Assembly: GCA_949358305.1 (NCBI GenBank)
Contig: OX442314.1
Coordinates: 32,302,001 to 32,366,000, forward strand
DNA length: 64,000 nucleotides
Reading direction: 5' to 3'
From: Strigamia acuminata
Taxonomy: Eukaryota
A program made the translations under genes and the position numbers. Positions 46,653 to 59,600 of this stretch are shown one piece after another (position 1 is the stretch's first letter; each line of letters begins with the position of its first letter). The notes under the pieces are model-generated. The model saw only the letters and a program-made list of their open reading frames with translations, ran no database searches and was not told the DNA's origin.

Positions 46653-49600
46653 TTATCTTGTGGAAGTATCTCGCGATTTGTATGTGATACCATGACTTTT
46701 TAATTCACGAACAACTCCGGCCGGGAGCCTCCCCGATACCGAAATGGCGTACACTCCTTTGGTATAACGGTCTAAAAAAAATATACATATATAAAAAAAA
46801 AATTACATAAACAAAAATGAAATTACAAAATAAAAGTATATTAACACACATAAATAAATATAAATTTACTCATATAAATAAATAGTGTGTCGAAATCGTT
46901 AAACTTGTGTTTTCATCGTCTCATGTTTCGCAGTGATAATTGCAAGTTTATCCGAAACCGATAACGAAGGAGAATTGACAAAAAAAAAACGTTTAGATAT
47001 ATAGATATATAAGTAACAAATTAATTCCAATAATTTTGAATCAAAAATTGCCAAATTGTCTATTTAATTTTAATTATATTTTTATTTATTTATTTATATA
47101 TATTTTTATTTTTATATTTTCAGATGCAACTCACTTATTCTCTGCCATTTGCAGGCCCAACTGTCTTCTGGATTCATGGCACCAATTAACCTATTAAAAT
47201 TTGAAGTTTTTCAGTTTTGCTTGTTATATTTGAGGTGAAGGTTATCAAAAAATTATGAGTCATCAATCATTAGGAGAGAAAAAAGGGTCCCCCTTTGTGG
47301 CGATCTCGCGTGTATTTTTATATATTTGTCGTCAGACTCGTCACCATTTAGAAATATTTATTATTTTTAATTACTCTGGTTCGACGCGCGCCAAACCAAA
47401 CCCGCCCGCTGTGTCTTGTGGGTGAGAACTCCCTAGGCACACTTCACCACAATTTGGCTGTGGTGGTCCTCGAAAGCATTACTCGTTAGCAGAGATCACT
47501 GAATAACAGTGGAAATGCGTGTATCAACTGTGGTTGATAAACACGAAAGCGCTGGCTTTGCAAATGTAGCAAAGACGGCGGGAAATGTCCCAAAACACAC
47601 CGTAACACGGTCAGTACTCGCAGTTTCGGCAGAGCAATGACAAGATGTGTTGTATGTTTGGTTGTGAATTCAAGAGTGTGCCAAAACTATAAATTTGAGA
47701 CGAGCATACTTCGGATCTGCTCACCAGATATGCGCAATGAGCGGATTTTGGCAAAACAAAGGAATTATTGCACCAAAACGGTTAATTTGCAACCCACCGT
47801 GAGCGTCTCCGGAGTCAGCCATCGCTGCCCGAGTGAGTTTTTGGAAGAAAGCAACGTTCCCGCCATTTTTGCGTACAACCGAATAAATTATTATTTTATC
47901 GTACTTCCCTTGTATTTATTTTACCCCTAGACATTATTAAGCACTTTATTTCAGAGACTAAGTCTGTTTACAACAGTGAAATAACTCACTGCACCTTCCA
48001 CCAGAGAAAAAAAATAATAAAAAAAATAATAATAATAAAATCCCGATGAAATTTTTCACATGCACCTCAATTTGAGGGGAGGTGGGAAAAAAATTTAAGT
48101 AAAGTAAACCAAATGGTGAAAAAAATGTTTGAACTTGACTTCAATTTGAGTTTTTAAATTTTTTATTTTTTATTTTTTATTTTTTTTCATTCATTCCACA
48201 AAAACAGTGTGGATGAGTGGATAGTGGTTTGGGGTGTATAGTATTTCATTGGGGAATGTTTTGGCAAGAAAACTGTTAGTGGAGGTTGAATGTTGTGCTC
48301 TCACCCATCAAAGTTGGATGAAGTGCAATCATACACCAAATCCCTGCTGCCCTTTATACCTAAATACTCTTCGCAGTTATCACATCCATCGAATTCAAAT
48401 TGCTCAAATGTCTGAAAATAAAGAAAAACATGTATATCTTCAGATGAGTTTGATTTGGAGAAGAAAAAATGAAGATATTGACATAGAAACTCTGTTTTGA
48501 ATTTGTAATAAATAAATAAATAAATGAATAAACATGTGGGTTTATGTGAAATGTACTTTTGGAATAAAAAATTCTGATTTTGAGCAAAAAAATTCACTTT
48601 TACAGCTAAAAAGAAATTCAGTTTTTGGGCTAAAAATTCAGATTTTGAGATGAACAATGAATTCTTTATAGCTAAAAATAAGCTTTTAGAGGCAAAAGCG
48701 TAAATTTTTTGAGCCAAAAATAACTTTTTAAAACCGAAATATTACTTTTTAGAGTCAAAAAATAAAATTTTAAAACAGAAAAATAACTTTTTAGAACCAA
48801 ACTCAACTTTTTAGCTAAAAATCAACTATTTAGCTAAAAATTAACTTTTTAGCTAAAAAAATCAACTTTTTAGCTAAAAAAATCAACTTTTTAGCTAAAA
48901 AATCAACTTTTTAGCTAAAAAATCAACTTTTTAGCTAAAAAATAAACTTTATAGCTAAAAAAAATCAACTTTTTAGCTAAAAAATCAACTTTTTAGCTAA
49001 AAATCAACTTTTTAGCTAAAAAATCAACTTTTTAGCTAAAAAATAAACTTTTTAGCTAAAAAAAATCAACTTTTTAGCTAAAAAATCAACTTTTTAGCTA
49101 AAAAATCAACTTTTTAGCTAAAAATCAACTTTTTAGCTAAAAATCAACTTTTTAGCTAAAAAATCAACTTTTTAGCTAAAAAATCAACTTTTTAGCTAAA
49201 AAATCAACTTTTTAGATAAAAAATCAACTTTTTAGATGAAAAATCAACTTTTTAGCTAAAAAATCAACTTTTTAGATAAAAAAATCAACTTTTTAGCTAA
49301 AAAATCAACTTTTTTAGCTAAAAAATCAAATTGCTTAGGTTCAACATTTTAGCTAAAACTGCCACTTTTTGAACATAAAAAATCTACTGTTTGAGGTTAT
49401 CAAAAATCCACTTTTTAAACTTATCAAAAATCCACTTTTTAACTTATCAAAAATACCCTTTTTGCGCTTATCAAAAAAACACTTTTTATGTTTGTCAAAA
49501 CTACTATTTAAGCTAAAAAATGTATTTTTGTGCTAAAACTCTACGTTGAGTTAAAAATTTATTTTTAAGTTAAAAAATTCTTTTTTTTAATTAAAAAATT

Positions 49601-50088
49601 CTTTTTTTAAGTTAAAAAATTCATTTTTTAAGTCAAAAAATTCATTTTTAACGCCAAAAAATTAATTTTTTAAGCCAAAAATCCCTTTATTAAGCCACAA
49701 ATCCCTTCATTCAGCTAAAAATTCCTTTTTAAGCCAAAAATTCCTTCTTAAACTAAGAAAAAACCCTTTTTAATCCAAAAATCCCTTCTTAAACCAAGAA
49801 AAAACCCTTTTTAAGCTAAAAAAGAAGCAAATTGAGTTACAATTGTTCCACGATTCCTTCAACACCTTATAATTTTCCAAAAACCAGCGTACAAAAATGC
49901 CCACGGCAAACAAAAACAAACAAAAACAAACTTCCACATTCCACCTCCCGAGTTTATTCCTGCCATCTGTTCCACATTCAAACCCTCCGCAACGATTTAT
50001 AATCCCTCCACAAACCTACCTTGACCATCGAACACAATAAACAAGCTCTGAGATTTCGTAGATCTTTAGGAATGCTCTCCACAGACAT
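46653..50088 (-). CDS. SUPT4H1: Transcription elongation factor SPT4 (DSIF small subunit), 116 aa
   Basis: Exons 50088-50020, 48411-48305, 47190-47135, 46771-46653 give [40 protein letters not shown]...[65 protein letters not shown]. Confidence 0.96.
48805..49330. repeat. 19-22-bp minisatellite (TTTTTAGCTAAAAAATCAAC)n with a palindromic core
   Basis: Read directly; in SPT4 intron 1. Confidence 0.92.
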
Positions 50089-50681
50089 CCTTGTTTCACT
50101 CAATTACAAACAAGGAATTCAAAATGGACGCAGAGGCGGAATCGGAAACACGACCACAATGCACCGCGCCACACCCAAACAAACAAAAGAACACTCAGCC
50201 ACAGCTGTGCACAAAAACACGGAAAAACATTCCTCTTTATTTAAAAAAAAATAAAAAACTAAAAAAACAACATTTTAATTACATAACCTTCGTCTTTATT
50301 ACAATATCACACAACATTCGTATCCCAACAACTTCGCAGAAACTCTGACCTAATTAAAACACGCCGTGACTAAAAACAGGTGTTTTCATTTACCTGTTGC
50401 ATGCCCATCGCCGTTCCACGCATCATTTCCACCGTATTTATAGACACAGCACACTCCATTGATAACTTTTGCCATTTAAAAAATCTCCACAAGGGCATCT
50501 TCATCCTCAACATGACCGTAAATGGTCATTGAAGGTCTCAATTGCGCGCCCCGCCCACACCTGCATCTATATTTCTCTTTTTATTCTATTGTGTGTCAAC
50601 TGTCAATTGGGTTCGTATTTCATCGCGCACAGACAGTATTTATTTGTTTCTAAACGTCAAAAACCATCCTCGTGCTCCACC

Positions 50682-53600
50682 ATGACGGGCGGATTCTTCT
50701 GCCAAACCCACGACGACTGCACGGTGGATTTAATGAATTTCATAATCAACTGCGCCTTCATCGTCGCCTGTTTCTGCACCATCTTGTGGAAAATATCGAG
50801 GAAATTCTCCCTGTTGTCCACGACGGACCAGGCCGTCCGATTCCAACACCACAACTCGCGATGGATACTCTTCGTCGTCCTCTTCCTCGTCTGCTTCTGC
50901 GAGATCTGCGACGCTTTCGTCGTCGCGTCGAATCTCGGCCACAGTCACTCGTTGAAAATCCCCGCCGTGTTTTCGTTGTTGGCGGCCGCGACCGCCGCCT
51001 ATTTCACCTCCAAAATGGAGAAATGGAACCAACTGAAACCCATGTTTATCCCGCTCATTTATTGGCCCGTTGTCATAGCGAGTAAAATCTTCAAGTTGGG
51101 ATTTCTCCTTCATTCCGGCCTGCGCGGCCATCACTCGGCGGTGACTATCACGAGTTGTTATCTCCTCGTGTACGTCTTGTCATTCCTCGTCGAGATAAAT
51201 CTCATCTGGACCAATGTGAGTCGATTTAAAATCATTTAATTGCGAGTGATAATTGTGTTATATCGAATTACTGCTTTTATGATATAAATATATATAATAA
51301 TAATAAAAAACAGGAAGCATTAGCCCCCAAAACAAGATTGGGTTTAGGTTCAATATCCTCTCTAGTTGATCACTCAATGATGACACCAATTACCCAAGAT
51401 TCCCTCCACTGATAAAACATGGCAGCCTCCACTCCTTTTAGATCGATGCGCACGAAACGAATTAAGAAAACACAAGAAAAGAGAGGATAAACCCTTTTGT
51501 TAACTAACTGAATCAACCCTAGATCACTGACCTGCTCGATTAGGGGTCAGAAACCTAAACACAAAACCCCTAACACGTGAAAAAAAAAACAACAACACAA
51601 AACATTTACTTTTATTGTGGTTTTATTCTCGTTTTTTTTCTTTTTTCTTAATGCAGAAATACTTGAGTTCTTGGCAGAGCATTGCACTTCCCCTTAATGA
51701 CCCACCTGACACTCAGTATCGTCGTCCATGGGTGAGTCTTCCGTCCAAAGCCACTTTCTACTGGATGAATGCACTCATTTGGCGGGGTCTTAAACGACCA
51801 ATTACACAACAATGTTTAGGAAGTTTGGCACAGGTGGGCACGAGTACAACACATTGCCCTATAACGACCGGGACGTAATTTTTTTTTTTGGTGTTTTAAT
51901 TTCTTTTTTATTTTCCTTGTTCGCTCGTAATATATAGGAATGCCAAGTGCAAGGACATTTTAATAAGTTTAAAGAGATTTATTCGACTCAATCAGTAAGA
52001 ATTCTTCAACATTCTTGTTTTTTTATTTTTATTTTTATTTTCGATTCATTTCAAAACGTTTTATACATGAATTCCCAAGGATAAAAACCAAACATCGTTA
52101 TGGAAATGCCTTATCATCCTCTTGTGGCGACCAGTGTTATTAGGAGCGCTGTTGAAATTCATCGCCGACGTAATAAGCCTAATCGCACCACTAGCGGTCG
52201 GCGTCATCGTCAGTTTCGTAGTCGACAGATCAACTCGCCATCACTCATCAACAACACAAGTAAAAAAGAAATAAAAAACCTCTATTATTTCTATTAAAAA
52301 AATTTTAATTCAGCAAAACCAAACGACGGTGAGCGATTTCTTGACAAACGGCTACATAATGGCCGCCGTCGTGTTCCTGAGCGCCATAACCCACAGCATT
52401 TTCACGCACAACCTGATCCACCTGATGAGCCGCGTAGCTCTGCGAGCGCGCTGTTTGGTGCAGGTGACATTGGAATTTCGTGCTTAATGTATTCGTTTTA
52501 GGTGGCAAGTGGGTTAACGGGCTTCTCTGGCTTTCTTACAGCCTGCTGTCCTTGAATTCTCTAATAAGTGTCCCCCACCTCCCTTCTCGCAGTCCTCGCG
52601 CATCGTGCATCTTTTAGCTCGCAAATGGCGATGGGGGAAGAATGGACGGTGGGAAGTAAGGAAGGAAGGGAAACCCCTTCCACAAGAAGAGGGGTAGTTA
52701 GTAAGTTAAAGACCCCTTGCTTCGGAGGGGAAAGAAATACTAAATAAAGCAAAGCAAACTTAAGCCTTGCCTGCAGGCTGCGAGGCTTTCTGCTCGGTTT
52801 TAAGGGCCCAATTCCCCGTTATAAACCCCTTTCCCCTTCTTTTGACAAGCACCCATTTGGCCCTATCAATTGAGAACGGTTTTTTGGAAGTGGAAAAGCA
52901 CTTTCTCGAGGTAGAATGCGGTTTTGGAGCTCATCACTGGCGAAATTAGAGCGTTTTTATGCATTTTTGAGGCGGAGGTTTTGGTGTTTTTTCGATTTGT
53001 TCGGCTGGGCACGTCGCGAGAGTGCAATAACACCTATTCGTGATTGGAGAGGTTTTGTTGATATTTTGCTCCCACATTTTCGAGTTAAAAAACGCATTGA
53101 AAATTGTAATTTTTTTTTTAATGGCTGGCTCTTGGGCATTGGGTTGATTGATAGTCATTTTTAATTATATGCATAATTAATGTTGCATAACTGGGTTCAG
53201 TGTCACACAATGAGACACGTGGAAGAGTGGATTTGAAGAACAGGTGCAAGCAGGATGCGGCGTTCGTTGTTGGAGTGAAAAAAGAAGAATTTTTGTTGAT
53301 TAAACAAGTTGAGGGAAAAGGGTGAAATTCTTTGGTTTTTTTTTTTCTTTTTTTTTTGGTTTTTGGTGTTTTTGTTTTTGTTTGGTTGAATTTTTTGGGA
53401 GTTGGAAGAGTGTTTTGTTTTTTGGGTTTGCAGTTCCTGTGGAATAGAAGTTCATAAATGTTTAATTGAAATGTGAAATAGGAAATGATGTGAATTAATG
53501 AATTAATGAATTAATGAAATTTTTAATGATTGGGTTTTTTTTTTTGATGTGATGTAATGAAAGTTAGGTTGTGTTACAAAATGAGGAAAGATTAAATTAG

Positions 53601-56600
53601 AATCTTGATTTGGATGTGCAATGCATTTGGTTGCAGTTTTCAACTTGTAATTTGTTATTTTCAAGGTGTTGGTTCTGATTATATTTTATGATGAATTGAA
53701 TGAAGCTGATGAAACAGATTTTTTTTAAAGAATAAATAGAACTTTTCAGGGGAAAAAAATCCCAAATTTTTAAGAAAACATAAACTTTTTAAGAAAAACC
53801 CTAAAAAATCCCAATTTTTCAAGAAAAATCCCAAATTTTCAAGAAAAATCCCAATTTTTCAAGAAAAATTCCAATTTTTTAAGAAAAATTCCAATTTTTC
53901 AAGAAAAATCCAAATTTTTCAAGAAAAATCCCAATTTTTCAAGAAAAAACCCAATTTTTCAAGAAAAATCCCAATTTTTCAAGAAGAATCCCAATTTTTC
54001 AAGAAAAACCAAATTATTCATGAAAATCCCAAACCCAAATTTTTCATGAAAACCTCCAATTTTTCACGAAAAACCCGAAATTTCATGTAAAAGATTCAAA
54101 ATTTTAACAAAGAAACCCAAACTTCAACAAAAAAAACCCAAGTTTAAAAAAAAAACCCAAATTTTAACAAAAAAAAACCAAATTTCAACCAAAAAACCAA
54201 AACTTCAACAAAAAACCCAAATTTAAAAAAAAATATAAAAATTTTCAAAAAAAACTGAAAATTTAAAAAAAAAAACTGAAAATTAAAAAAAAAACCGAAA
54301 ATTTTAAAAAATAAATCTGAAAATTTTCAAGATAACCCCCAAAATTTCAAGAAAAAAACCCACAAATTCCCTTAAAAACAAAAAACAAAAACCCCTTTCT
54401 GACGAACCAAACTAACTTTACATAACCCAACTGATTAAATCAACTTCACAAAATTAAAAAAAAAAAAAAAAAAAAAATACTAATTATAATTATCCTTACA
54501 TAAAGATGAGTTCAATTCTACAAGAAATCGAAAGCAGTTGATTTACTCTGACCTTGACTGCTACCAACAGTCAAAACAAATTCAAATCACCTCCACACAA
54601 ACAACACTCAAACTCACATTTACAAAAACACGAATATCTGAAAAACATCCATCAAAATCAAAAACAACCCAATCAACAAAAAAAAATCCCAAAAAAAAAA
54701 ATCACATAATCAAACGGGGCAGTAAAATGAAGATATATACTACTACCTTTCCTTTCTATTCACACAATTGAATAGAAAAGAATGGACAGGAGGGGAATAG
54801 GCTGGCCACCGCCAAACAGAGACACACACACAGAGAGAGAGAGTGAATGCTTGCACTTTGATGTCGTTTATTCCCTCAACGTCTCACAAAGCAAAGTGTG
54901 AGAAACTAGTGATAAAAAAACACTGATTCAATTGCGTGGGAAGTACCACTCGACCACAAATTATGCCATTTTTTTCTACCGTTTCTTTTCCCTTTCTTTT
55001 TTTCCCCGTTTTATAGATGCTCGTGTATGAGAAAAGCTTGACGTTGTCCGTTAGGCCTAAGGAAATGCAAATGGCGGATGCGGACGAAATTCGTCGCCTG
55101 GCGACGCACGACGCCGATAATTTGATGCAATTTCTCGTTGTTTTGCACCACGTTTGGTCCTTTCTTTTCAAGGTCAGATTAAATTGAATAAAAATGAATA
55201 AATTTAATTTATCGATGTTGATTTCCAGTTGATAATCCTCACCGTTTTGGTGTATCTCCAACTCGGCTACGGCGCTTTCGTCGGCGTGTTCGTTTCCGTC
55301 GCATTTCTGCTGCCCGCGCAGTACCATTTGCGGCGAATAATGGAGAAATCGCAAAACGACGCGCAGGTAGACGTGAAAATAATGTTTGTAGGGGTCGTTT
55401 GGACGTTTATTCGATGTTTATTTCGTTCGTTACAGGCAATAAAGAGCGGACGGTTACGTAAGATGGAGGAGATGCTGTTAAAGATGCTGTGCCTGAAGAT
55501 GAATTCGTGGGAAATGTTTTTCGCGCATAAGATCCGTCACATTCGTCAACGAGAGTCTCGACTTTTATTACTGATTAGTCTTTGCTGGTGGCTTCACGGT
55601 GAGTCGTTCGTCCGTTCGTCATTTTCTTATCTTTTGGCGAAATCTCGAGGGAGGAGGACACGCCGGTCCAAGGTCAAGTGCGTCATAAATAAAATGTGTT
55701 ATCACAACATCAGAAAAGGATTTTGTAATATCAAGGGGAGAAAAAATAGCTAAAAATAGGAGGTCAGCGTGTCATTGCCAGTCGTGGTCGGGCGCAGACG
55801 CAATGGTAGCGAGGATTTACATAAACGGGCATAAATTATACTAAAAATAAGCTTTTTATCTGGTTCGAATATCGGGATACGTGCAACTAATTAGTTGCAC
55901 GTATACATTTAGTTTGGTCTGTTTTTTTTTTTTGTTTTTTTGTATTTTGACTCGGCGTTGCAAGGTTGTGTCTTCTCCCTTGACTCTGGATCAAGTAGCA
56001 AGAAGGGCAGGGAAAATTAAATGTTATTTTTGTTGTTGTTCTCGCGCTTGTTCTCGTGTTTCTGCACGTGAAGAACTGTAGGTTTGTGTAAAGTGATATT
56101 ATTTGGAATATCGGTTGAGTGCAGCACGTTTTTAATATGTCTGGTTAATTAATTTTTTTTTTTTTTAAAAAATAGATTGGGAAGAAAAATATGCTTTAAT
56201 TGCAGATTTTCACAATTGAAATTTGGGTTTTGTTTTTAAAAAATATAATTTGGGGTTTTTACTGATTTCCACTGATTTAATTTTGATTTTCCACATGATT
56301 TTCCACTAATTAAATTTTGATTTTCCACACATATAATTTTGATTTTCTAAAATATAATTTTAATTTTCTATAATATAATTTTGATTTTCTAAAATATAAT
56401 TTTGATTTTCTAAAATATAATTTTCTTTTTCTACAAATATAATTTTCTTTTTCCACAAATATAATTTTCTTTTTCCACAAATATAATTTTCTTTTTCCAC
56501 AAATATAATTTTCTTTTTCCACAAATATAATTTTCTTTTTCCACAAATACAATTTTCTTTTTCCACAAATATAATTTTCTTTTTCCACAAATGTGATTCC

Positions 56601-59600
56601 AATTTTCTACAAATATAATTCTAATTATCCACATATTTCTGTTTCCATTTTTATTTAACACAAATTTTTCTAATTGCCACAATTTTTTCTGTCTCAACAA
56701 ATTTTCTACAACAATTTTTTCTATTTTCAACAAATATTTCTTAACCACATTTACCACATTCCATTTCCACATTACCAAACATTTAATTTCCATTTCCATT
56801 TCCCCCAAAAACTTCCATTGTCTCAATTCCTCCATTTAAATCCACACCAACTCGCACCATTGGCCACTCTTTGATAAACAAAAAAAAAAAAAATAAACTT
56901 TAATCAAACGAAATTAATATCACATGATTGAATCATAATCACCAAAAATGGTCAAAAACTTCCATTTACGTAACAAATTTTTTCCTAAAAATAATTTATT
57001 TATAACCATTCCAAAACTCAATTTTCTCCAACCCAAAAAAAAACCAAAAAAAAAAAAATATTAAAAAACACACATAAATATATAAATAATTTTTTCCCCT
57101 TCAATCTAAATTTGACCCAGTAAGATTTGTTTGTTTACTAGTGGAACCAGTTTTGTGTTATGTTTCGCGGCTTCTTATTATGCTAACACCGCCACATTAA
57201 AGAGTTGTTTGCTTTGCTTTTCCCATTCTTAAACTCATTAAAACTTGTTGCCGGGCCGTTGGGCATGTTCTGTAATAGAAGAAGAAAAAATTGGGAAGAT
57301 TTTAATTTGCATAACGAGTGCTGCAATGAGGGTCAATGCCATTTCAACGTTGGTAGAGGGACATCACATTTGGCCACGACATGAGCCCAAACTTGTTTTT
57401 GCTGAATTAAGCCTAACCGCGAGTGAGTTTTATCGCGCCGCACCAAACCCCGAACCAAACGAGCAAAAGCTCGCGAGTGTGTGACCTTAAGTCAAATTCC
57501 CAACCGTTCATATGCACAACGAAATAAAACAAAAAAATAACACGCACAAAACATCGAAATTCGATCAAATTTCTACTTATTCACGCACATTTTAGCTCCT
57601 ATTAATGTATCGCCTTTTGTTCTTACCCTCACCTTTTAGTGTTACCCGTTTTATCGTAAATTACCCAGCATGCTTATATAAAAGGTTGTTATGTTTTTCG
57701 TTGGAATAACCATCACCCTTATTGACCTAGAATATAAAAACTTGAATTTAAATTTAATTAATGAGTAATTTAATGTTTTTCTTATTATTTCGTTTAGATG
57801 TTCTCACTTGGACCGCTCTTGTTCTTATGTCTGTTGTTGTAAGACGTTTTATTTTTATTTATTTTAATTTGTATGATTCAGACACATTTTACGTATTATT
57901 TCAGGCTTTTTCTGTGTATACATCGGCGGAAAGGGAAATTTTGACTCCCCAAGCTGCTTTTACAGCTGTGGCATTGTTTCAACAGATTTTATTTGGTCTT
58001 TTCCTGACACCTGTTTTGATTTCTGTTCCTATTTCTGCTTTCGTGAGTCTTTTTTTGCGTGTCTGTTGCGTGTTTGTTTGTTTTCATGTTTAAATTTTGC
58101 CATCGTTTTGTTTCCAGGCCAGTTTGAAACGACTGCATTGTTTTCTGTCGACGTCAGAGACACGTGATAGAAAGTTGCACGAGTTGGCGCCAGAGGACGG
58201 CACCGTGTTGGAATTTGAAGAAGATAGCGGCAGTGTTGTGGTAAGTCGAGGTCGAGCTTTGAAAGCGAGTTAAATAGTGATTATAATAATAATAACGCTT
58301 TATTCCAGCTAAGGATCAAAGATGAGTTCACCAATGAACGGCAAGGAGGGTTCAGGGATACGGAAATATTCCTCAACGAGTCGGATGAAGAGGTCACTGG
58401 AGATGTGGACGCGGCGATTCAATTGGACGAAGCGACTTTTTCTTGGAACCAGAACAATAAAGAACCAGTTTTAAAAGATCTGACACTGAACATTCCAATT
58501 GGTAATTAATGATCATTTTATTTCAGTTAATTTTTTTTTTTTTAATTTTTTTGATGTTTGAAAATTAATTTTATTACTTTTGTTTATTATAGGGAAGATT
58601 ACGTTAGTGTGTGGGCACAATAGAAAAGCAGAAAGGGCATTTGTAATGGCTCTTTTGGGAGAATTGCATACTGTTAATGGATCGATTACATGGACGAGGT
58701 GATATGATTCTACGGTGGCGTATCAAAAATATATTGCAATTATATGATTTTGTATAATTATTTTGCATTCTATTGGTTTGGAAATGAAATATATTTAGTA
58801 AAAGATATTATGAAATGCATTCATGTCAAATATGAATTCATTTTTGAAATGGATTTTTTTAATTGTATTATGAAATGCATTATTTAATGTAAAAATAGTA
58901 TACAGTCGAAACTCTTTATAACGAATCGCGATATAACGAATTATCGATATAACGAATACCTAAAAATGGCTGGTTTGGTTGGCTGGCTTAGAACACCATG
59001 TTAAAAAATTTCGATGTAACGAATTCTCGTTGTAACAAATCGATTTTTCCGGTCTCTTGCGATTCGTTATAAAGAGTTGCGACTGGATTTAATTCTGCAG
59101 AATGCTACCGTGTTACCTCGCTTTAAGCGGTATGCCGGTGTCTTGAAATTATTGTACCAACTTTTGGAAAAGTCGGTTACAAAGCTTTTACCGGCGTTCT
59201 GGTATAAAGTGAAAGATGTCGGTTATCTCAGAAAAAGCTCTGGTTTTGTGTTTTTTTTTTTAATTAAAAACGTCTGAATGAATAATTAAGTTGGAATTTG
59301 AGCTAGAAATTGGAATTTGAGCTGGAAATTGGAAATTGGAATTTGAGCTGAAAATTGGAATTTGAGCTAGAAATTGGAATTTGAGCTGGAAATTGGAATT
59401 TGAGCTAGAAATTGGAATTTAAGCTAGAAATTGGAATTTTCTGGACATTCTGAAGGTTATTATTAAAATTTCTGTAAATTTTTTAGAAATTTAGACGAAT
59501 TTCCTACATTTTGGACATTTAAAAATGCTTTATAAGCTTGTTTTTGCTCATTTCTCATTGAAAAAAATTCGTATCATTTTTAACGACAAGGTTTACCGGC

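Noticed and set aside
47372..47570. GGTTCGA followed by SINE-core-like sequence, suggesting a tRNA or SINE
   Set aside because: No A box or cloverleaf could be built and no TSD was found; it needs a repeat library.
52500..52760. GC-rich island ending in AATAAAGCAAAGCAAAC, possibly a SINE
   Set aside because: Single copy in the window with no clear Pol III boxes. Similar unresolved islands at about 15690-15870, 28615-28860 and 60690-60930 were also left uncalled.
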